This document shows positions 58,332 to 64,000 of a stretch of DNA of 64,000 bases, piece after piece. The notes below the pieces were generated by a model. That model saw only the letters and a program-made list of their open reading frames with translations, was not told where the DNA came from and did not search any database. Source of the stretch: a bacterium (GTDB lineage Bacteria; Patescibacteriota; Minisyncoccia; Phycocordibacterales; UBA5272); contig JAHFMX010000005.1 in NCBI GenBank assembly GCA_023267635.1, positions 1,989 to 65,988 of the forward strand, in the 5' to 3' direction. Each line of letters begins with the position of its first letter. The stretch's first letter is position 1. Position numbers and translations under genes: made by a program.

Positions 58332-59708
58332 ATGTTAGACATTAAAGCGTTGAAGGTTGCTCTCGAGCAGCTCGAACAAGAAAAGAAGATTAGCCATGAA
58401 AAGGTGGTAGACGCAGTAGAGAAGTCTCTTGCGGCAGCGTACCAGAAGGAATACGGAAAGCGCGGACAGATTGTTCGTTGTCAGATTAACTTTGAAACTG
58501 GTGAAACAAGTTTTGAGCAAGTTAAGATCGTTGTTGATGAATCAACAGTTCGTATGCCAGTTGAAGGAGAAGAGGAAGTATATGAACCTATCATCGCAGA
58601 AGGTGAAAGTGTTGACGGACTTCTTCCACGATACAACGAAGAGCGTCACATTCTTCTTGGAACTGCAAAGCTTCTCAAGAAAAACGCGATTCTCGCTGAA
58701 GAAATTGTATTTCCACTGGATAATCAAGATGACTTCGGACGTATTGCTGCGCAAACTGCAAAGCAGGTTATTGTTCAGAAGCTCCGTGAAGCAGAACGTG
58801 AAAGTATTGTTGGAGAATTTACTGATAAAGAAAATACTATCGTATCAGGTGTTGTTCAGCGTGTAGAACGTGGAACAGCATTTATCGACCTTGGACGCAC
58901 AACAGCTATCCTTCCATTTGAAGAACAGATTCCATCAGAACGTCTTCGTCCAGGCGAACGTATTCGTTGTTACCTTTTCTCTATTGAGGAAGGTTTCCGC
59001 GGACTTTCTATTCGTCTCTCACGTACACATCCAAAGTTCTTGATTGAACTCTTTAAGAATGAAAGTGCAGAAATTGCACAAGGTGTTGTTGAAATTGTTG
59101 CTGTTGCTCGTGAACCAGGAAGTCGTTCAAAGATTGCTGTTAAATCAAATGATGAACGAGTAGATCCAATTGGAGCATGTGTTGGACAGCGTGGTGTTCG
59201 AGTATCAGCTATTACTGACGAACTCTCAGGAGAAAAGATTGATGTTATTGAATGGTCTGCAGATACACGTCGCTTTATTGCAACAGCTCTTTCTCCAGCA
59301 AAGGCAGTTTCTATCGAACTTAACGAAGATGAAAAGAAAGCAGTTGTAACAGTAGCTCCAGAAGAGCAATCTCTCGCTATTGGTAAGGGTGGACAGAACG
59401 TTCGCCTCGCTGCAAAGCTCACGGGGTGGAAGATTGATATCGTGTCAGGTGGTGAAATGATTGCAGAAGCTGATGAGGCAGGAATGTTCACAGAAAATCA
59501 GATTGTTGATGAAACTCTTTCAGAAGAAGTAGGAGAAGTAATGGAAGCGTTGAATGTAACCGAGGAAGAGGTTGTTAAAGCAACGGAAGAAGATGTGGTA
59601 ACTGAAGAATCAGTAGTTGATGAAATTATTGCTGACGAAGGAGCTTCAACCACAGAAGGAACAGGGCTTGATAAAGAAGCTGTTGACGCTGCTGAAGAAA
59701 CAAAATAA
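58332..59708 (+). CDS. nusA: Transcription termination factor NusA with acidic tail
   Basis: FGRIAAQTAKQ, AREPGSRSK, GACVG, AIGKGGQNVRLA; TTGCTT-16-TATACT promoter at 58173-58200. Confidence 0.97.
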   Translation: MLDIKALKVALEQLEQEKKISHEKVVDAVEKSLAAAYQKEYGKRGQIVRCQINFETGETSFEQVKIVVDESTVRMPVEGEEEVYEPIIAEGESVDGLLPRYNEERHILLGTAKLLKKNAILAEEIVFPLDNQDDFGRIAAQTAKQVIVQKLREAERESIVGEFTDKENTIVSGVVQRVERGTAFIDLGRTTAILPFEEQIPSERLRPGERIRCYLFSIEEGFRGLSIRLSRTHPKFLIELFKNESAEIAQGVVEIVAVAREPGSRSKIAVKSNDERVDPIGACVGQRGVRVSAITDELSGEKIDVIEWSADTRRFIATALSPAKAVSIELNEDEKKAVVTVAPEEQSLAIGKGGQNVRLAAKLTGWKIDIVSGGEMIAEADEAGMFTENQIVDETLSEEVGEVMEALNVTEEEVVKATEEDVVTEESVVDEIIADEGASTTEGTGLDKEAVDAAEETK

Positions 59709-59738
59709 CTTTATTCATTTAACCCCCCCTAATTCACT

Positions 59739-60275
59739 ATGAGTTTAAATTTACTTCACGACATTGCTCCAGGAGACAATGTTCCAAATGAAATAACTGT
59801 TGTTATAGAAATTAATAAAGGTTCTCTTAACAAGTATGAGCTCGACAAAGTTACAGGTCTTATTAAGCTAGACCGCGTCTCTCATACTTCTCAGACATTC
59901 CCATTTGATTATGGATTTGTTCCACAAACACATTGGCATGACGGAGACCCACTGGATGTGATTGTTATTGCAACAGCACCATTAATTCCTGGAATTCTTG
60001 TTGATGTTCGTCCAGTTGGAGTTATGGATATGATTGATTCTGGCGAAAGCGATGCAAAGATTCTTGCGGTTCCCGTTGGAGATCCTCGATTTGGACATGT
60101 CCATGACCTTAAAGATGTTAACCCTCACTTTGTAAAGGAGGTTACGCATTTTTATGAAAATTATAAAAAGCTTCAGAATAAGGAAGTAACAATTCCAACA
60201 GTGCGAGACGCAGCTGCTGCGAGGGAAGTCATTCTCGAAGGAATTGCTCTCTACAAAAAAGAGTTCAATAAATAA
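59739..60275 (+). CDS. ppa: Family I inorganic pyrophosphatase
   Basis: KYE.DK, DYGFVPQT, DGDPLDV, DAKI. Confidence 0.96.
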   Translation: MSLNLLHDIAPGDNVPNEITVVIEINKGSLNKYELDKVTGLIKLDRVSHTSQTFPFDYGFVPQTHWHDGDPLDVIVIATAPLIPGILVDVRPVGVMDMIDSGESDAKILAVPVGDPRFGHVHDLKDVNPHFVKEVTHFYENYKKLQNKEVTIPTVRDAAAAREVILEGIALYKKEFNK

Positions 60276-60299
60276 ATTACACGGTAACGAGAAATCTAT

Positions 60300-61415
60300 A
60301 TGAAAATAACATTAACAAAACTTCCAAAATCTATCGCAGAGCTCAACATTGTTGTTGATGAAACAGAATTTGAAACATATCACCAGAAAGGATTTAAGCG
60401 TGTACAGGAAATGGTAGAAGTGGACGGTTTCCGAAAAGGAAATGCGCCAGAAGATATGATTGTAAAAAAGTATGGCGACATGATCATTCTAGAAGAGATG
60501 GCGAACCTTGCGTTGCGTGATGCATACGTAAAGGCTGTAGATGAACACAAGATCTCCCCTATCACTGAACCAAAAGTGACTATCACAAAACTTGCTAAAG
60601 GAAACCCACTTGAACTTACTATCACAGTGTCCCTTATGCCAGAGGTAGAACTTCCTGCGTACAAGAAGCTTGCTAAGGAATCTATGAAAGATGAAGAAGT
60701 GGTTGTTGTATCTGACAAAGATATTGATGATGTTCTAGAAGAGCTTCGTAAAGGTCGAGCAACACAGCATGATCACGATCACGCTGGGCACGATCATGAT
60801 CATGACCATGATCATGAATCACATGAGGGACATGATCACACTGAAGGTGAAGGGCACGATCACGAAGAAGGAAAGGAAATTGTTCCTGCAGAACTCCCTG
60901 CTCTTGATGATGAATTCGCTCAGAGTTTTGGTCCAGACTTCAAGTCACTTTCTGACCTTAAAACAAAGGTTGAAGAAAATCTTAAGCTTGAAAAAGAACA
61001 GAAAGCTCGTGAGAAGCGACGCACTGCAATTATGGAGAAGCTTGTTGAGGAAACAAAAGTAGATATTCCAGATGCAATCGTTGAAAGTGAACTACAGAAC
61101 ATGCTTGCTCAAATGAAGGCAGACGTAACTCGCTTTGGGGGAACATGGGAAGACTACCTTACTCATACAAAGAAAACAGAAGATGAAATAAAAGCAGATT
61201 GGATAACTGACGCAGTGAAGCGTGCGATGAGTCAGCTTATTTTGCACAAGATTGCAGAAGCTGAAAAGCTTACAGCAACTGATGATGAAATTGAAGTTGA
61301 ACTTGTTCGCCTTCTGACTAAGGTACAAGATGCTGATGAAGAACGTGCTAAGAGCTATTTATACCAAGCTCTTACAAACGAAAAGGTTCTTAAGTTCTTA
61401 GAAGAATCTAAGTAA
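60300..61415 (+). CDS. tig: Trigger factor lacking a recognisable FKBP domain, with a His/Asp-rich insert
   Basis: DGFRKGNAP ribosome-binding motif, LPALDDEFA, C-terminal domain. Confidence 0.9.
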   Translation: MKITLTKLPKSIAELNIVVDETEFETYHQKGFKRVQEMVEVDGFRKGNAPEDMIVKKYGDMIILEEMANLALRDAYVKAVDEHKISPITEPKVTITKLAKGNPLELTITVSLMPEVELPAYKKLAKESMKDEEVVVVSDKDIDDVLEELRKGRATQHDHDHAGHDHDHDHDHESHEGHDHTEGEGHDHEEGKEIVPAELPALDDEFAQSFGPDFKSLSDLKTKVEENLKLEKEQKAREKRRTAIMEKLVEETKVDIPDAIVESELQNMLAQMKADVTRFGGTWEDYLTHTKKTEDEIKADWITDAVKRAMSQLILHKIAEAEKLTATDDEIEVELVRLLTKVQDADEERAKSYLYQALTNEKVLKFLEESK

Positions 61416-61427
61416 TAGAAAGAGAAA

Positions 61428-61461
61428 CAGAAAAGCGGCACCTGACGGTGCCGCTTTTCTG
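61428..61461. terminator. Bidirectional terminator
   Basis: CAGAAAAGCGGCACC-TGAC-GGTGCCGCTTTTCTG between convergent tig and doxX. Confidence 0.8.
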
Positions 61462-61481
61462 TTGAGTACTACTAGTAGAAA

Positions 61482-61841
61482 CTAGTTGTGACCATTTTTC
61501 CCGCAACGAATTGCAAGCATGATACCACCGATGATGGCGACATTCTTAAGTGCCATAACCATGTTACCTGCCATAGCAAAGTCACGATGAGCGATAAGTG
61601 TTGCTAGTGCTGTAAAAGCAATCAAAGCATATCCTGTTTCACGGATCTTGTATCCCCATGCGAAGGCTAGAGCTACAGGAACTTCAATAATAATAACGAT
61701 GAGTGTTGCAAGCATTGGAGCTGGAATTCCAAGTGATCCAACGTATCCAGCCGTCATGTCAAAGCTCATAAGTTTCTGTACACCCGCTACTACGAAAAGA
61801 AGCGCAATAAGTGAACGAGAGATTGTAGCGTAATTCTTCAT
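61482..61841 (-). CDS. DoxX-family membrane protein
   Basis: R.LIALLF..AG.QK, KNVAIIGG; start MKNYATI. Confidence 0.85.
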   Translation of the reverse strand: MKNYATISRSLIALLFVVAGVQKLMSFDMTAGYVGSLGIPAPMLATLIVIIIEVPVALAFAWGYKIRETGYALIAFTALATLIAHRDFAMAGNMVMALKNVAIIGGIMLAIRCGKNGHN

Positions 61842-61908
61842 AAAAATAGAAATTATTGTTTGTAATCCCGTTAAACAGGGAATGATATAAGTATACTCCG
61901 TATTTCTC

Positions 61909-62670
61909 TTACGCAAGAGTGTTTGCTTCAGGCAAGGCAAGAAGTGCTGAAAGAAGAGCTATCGCGGCAGTATCTGCTTTCAATACTGTGGTGGTGTGTA
62001 AAAACGGCAGAATCCCAGCAACGCGTGCAAGGTTTTCTTCTTCGGCTGTCCATCCGCCCTCAGGTCCAATCCACAATGTTAAGCCCTTTTCCTTAGATAG
62101 GTCTTTAAATAGACCTTTTTCAGTAATTTTTGTAAGTGATTCACCTGAAAGACTTCCAATAATCGAAATAGATTCTGTGTTTGGAATGCAAAGGCTTTCA
62201 AAAGAAACAATATCAGACAGTATAGGAATAGCCCCTCTCCCCGATTGCTCACATGCCTCAACTACTATTGTGGATAACCTTTCAAAGTTGAGATTCTTTT
62301 TCTCTGATCGAGTGGCGACTACAGGAATAATATGAGTAACACCAAGTTCAGTCGCTTGACGTGCTATTGTTTCAAAGGTATCTTTCTTCACAAGTGCCAT
62401 TACAAGTGTAAGAGGAAAGGTAGGTACAATATTTGGTGAGGAAGTTACGAGAGTAAGCGTTGCGGCTTGCTTTGAAATGGATAGTATTTTGTAGAGAAAA
62501 TCTTTTCCTGGAGTTACGGAAGAAAAAAGAAAGACTTCGTCTCCGCTTGTATAGCGGAAGACGTTTGTCCACTGATGTAATAATTTCTTTTCTACCTCTG
62601 TATCACCAACATTTTCTACAACAATCTCTTCACCAAGGGGTTTGTTAACGTAGAAGCGATGTAATCGCAT
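61909..62670 (-). CDS. rsmE: 16S rRNA m3U1498 methyltransferase
   Basis: MRLHRFY, ATELGV, EACEQSGR, IGPEGG, LKADTA. Confidence 0.92.
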   Translation of the reverse strand: MRLHRFYVNKPLGEEIVVENVGDTEVEKKLLHQWTNVFRYTSGDEVFLFSSVTPGKDFLYKILSISKQAATLTLVTSSPNIVPTFPLTLVMALVKKDTFETIARQATELGVTHIIPVVATRSEKKNLNFERLSTIVVEACEQSGRGAIPILSDIVSFESLCIPNTESISIIGSLSGESLTKITEKGLFKDLSKEKGLTLWIGPEGGWTAEEENLARVAGILPFLHTTTVLKADTAAIALLSALLALPEANTLA

Positions 62671-62818
62671 TACTATGTACTCTACGCAGGTTACAAGGAC
62701 ATTGCAAGGGTATGTAAAAGCCAATATTTATAAGGACGTTTTTAGTATACAAAGTATTAAAGACAGTTATCCACAGGTAGGCTCTTGCATATAAAAGACA
62801 GTGGAGTATTATTAAGGA

Positions 62819-63100
62819 CAGAGCAGTAGTACATACAAACAAGCTTCATCGCGCTTAGCGATTAACAACACTTTGTTTAATGATCTCTGCCTCAGATCTT
62901 TCCCATAGCGGTCCTCATAATCATCACTCGATGAACCGCGCCTCATAAACAGTTTCTGAAAAACCCTTAAGTTTATTAGTTTCTGTTCTCTTTATCAGCT
63001 TTTGGTCTTAGATATTCCATGTAGCTATAAATCTTTTTTAGAATCCCCTGCATTGTGTGCACGAACTCCTTTCGCGCTTACAATGCAGGGGATTTTTTAT
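62819..63100 (+). ncRNA. Candidate non-coding RNA
   Basis: TTGCAT-16-TATTAT promoter (62785-62812), no long ORF, 15-bp terminator stem 63042-63094 with U-tract; perfect DnaA box at 62767-62775. Confidence 0.4.
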
Positions 63101-63185
63101 TTCTCAACTTGCTTGAGTATTTTTTATATGAGAGACAAAAAAAGGGCGGATGCATGACGCATCCGCCCCGTCTACCCTTTTGAGT

Positions 63186-63998
63186 TCACTTCCCTTTGAT
63201 TCGAGTGTTCATAAAAACAACCACCGAAACAAGGAAAAGGATGAAAGAAGCCGTCAATACTGCTTCTGCGACTGGAATTGCTGCGCCTTGAATGTTGATG
63301 AGTGTTCCTGAAAGAGAAGAAATCCCTACAAAGAGAAGACCTATCAAAAGAAGCAGCATCGACCAGCCAAACAAAGCACTATCCCAGCCCCACGTTCCCG
63401 AAAGGAGCTTAGACAGAAGGCCTGCGATTCCACCGATTGCCCACACGGCTAGCCGTACACCGAGTGCGGCGAGTTTTTGTACCGCCCACACAAAGCCAGC
63501 AACCAATTTCCTGATACAAAACCAAATCAGACTTCCTACAGCACCCCATCCGTTACACAGGGTGATCGTTGCCATAAGTGCCGATATAGCAAAAGCACCA
63601 AGGATTACGACGTCATATTCGAATGCCACGACGTGGAACATTCCATAGAGGGACAGTCCAAGCCAGTAGGCTTTCCAGTGATCAACAACATGCTGGGCGC
63701 CCAAGAAGTGAGCGATAGAGAACCCAGCAGTCAGAAGAATCGCTAGAAAAGCCGCTTCTGCCCACTGTTTGCTTTCGTATCCGATTGCAAGTCCAGTGAA
63801 GAGAAGGCAGAAACAAAAGCCAATAATCGCAAGCGTACCTGCAACATTTCCTTTTGCTTTCTGCCACAGTTTCTGCGCAGGCGGGCCAGCGCGTTGTGCG
63901 CCGACTTGTGCTGCACCGAGAACTCGCCCCCAACCTTGAAAAAGGAAGAGGGCAGTTATTCCCGTAAGCACCAGTGCCACAATGGCAATTGCCGGCAC
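63186..63998 (-). CDS. Multi-TM hypothetical membrane protein, probably 5'-truncated by the window edge
   Basis: Several hydrophobic helices; terminator hairpin 63137-63169. Confidence 0.65.
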   Translation of the reverse strand: MPAIAIVALVLTGITALFLFQGWGRVLGAAQVGAQRAGPPAQKLWQKAKGNVAGTLAIIGFCFCLLFTGLAIGYESKQWAEAAFLAILLTAGFSIAHFLGAQHVVDHWKAYWLGLSLYGMFHVVAFEYDVVILGAFAISALMATITLCNGWGAVGSLIWFCIRKLVAGFVWAVQKLAALGVRLAVWAIGGIAGLLSKLLSGTWGWDSALFGWSMLLLLIGLLFVGISSLSGTLINIQGAAIPVAEAVLTASFILFLVSVVVFMNTRIKGK

Positions 63999-64000
63999 CT

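Noticed and set aside
62880-62948. 22-aa His-containing ORF (MISASDLSHSGPHNHHSMNRAS) as an attenuator leader
   Set aside because: No co-oriented downstream gene or his operon follows; likely chance.
62819-63100. tmRNA, RNase P RNA or SRP RNA
   Set aside because: No tRNA-like GGGG...CCA ends, no GGAAAGUCC core and no SRP loop motif seen on either strand.

Overview
A 64-kb chromosomal segment that looks like a Patescibacteria/CPR (Parcubacteria-like) bacterium. This is inferred from the compact, divergent housekeeping genes, a shortened PolA and trigger factor, a VirB4/PrgI/pilin cluster and the absence of biosynthetic pathways. It spans the likely replication origin (dnaN-oriC-dnaA, rpmH-rnpA-yidC) and also carries mutM, tRNA-Lys, polA, ruvBC, tyrS, PBP1A, rsmA, uvrD, comM, rpsO, a Xer-type recombinase, xth, pgk, tpiA, nusA, ppa, tig and rsmE. 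Five things stand out. (1) There are two expression styles: many housekeeping genes have a -10 box only 6-8 nt before the ATG and no Shine-Dalgarno (SD), while eight dispersed orphan single-gene cassettes carry a GGAG/AAGGAG SD, most with their own promoter and/or terminator. Several of these encode stand-alone copies of regulatory modules: a betaproteobacterial-like Hfq, an RNAP alpha-CTD, an Sm-like protein, a primase Zn-finger and a 2H phosphoesterase. (2) A T4SS-like operon has an identical 400-bp pilin module fused to two different predicted peptidoglycan-hydrolase domains. (3) A class III ribonucleotide reductase is packaged with its own Fe-S assembly genes, a flavin reductase and a Cys-rich ArsR regulator. 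(4) Two families of dispersed hairpin repeats show compensatory base changes, and one is nested inside the other. (5) Two promoter- and hairpin-bounded candidate ncRNAs occur, one exposing an anti-SD sequence in a loop. All calls come from reading the sequence and motif recall; no searches were run.
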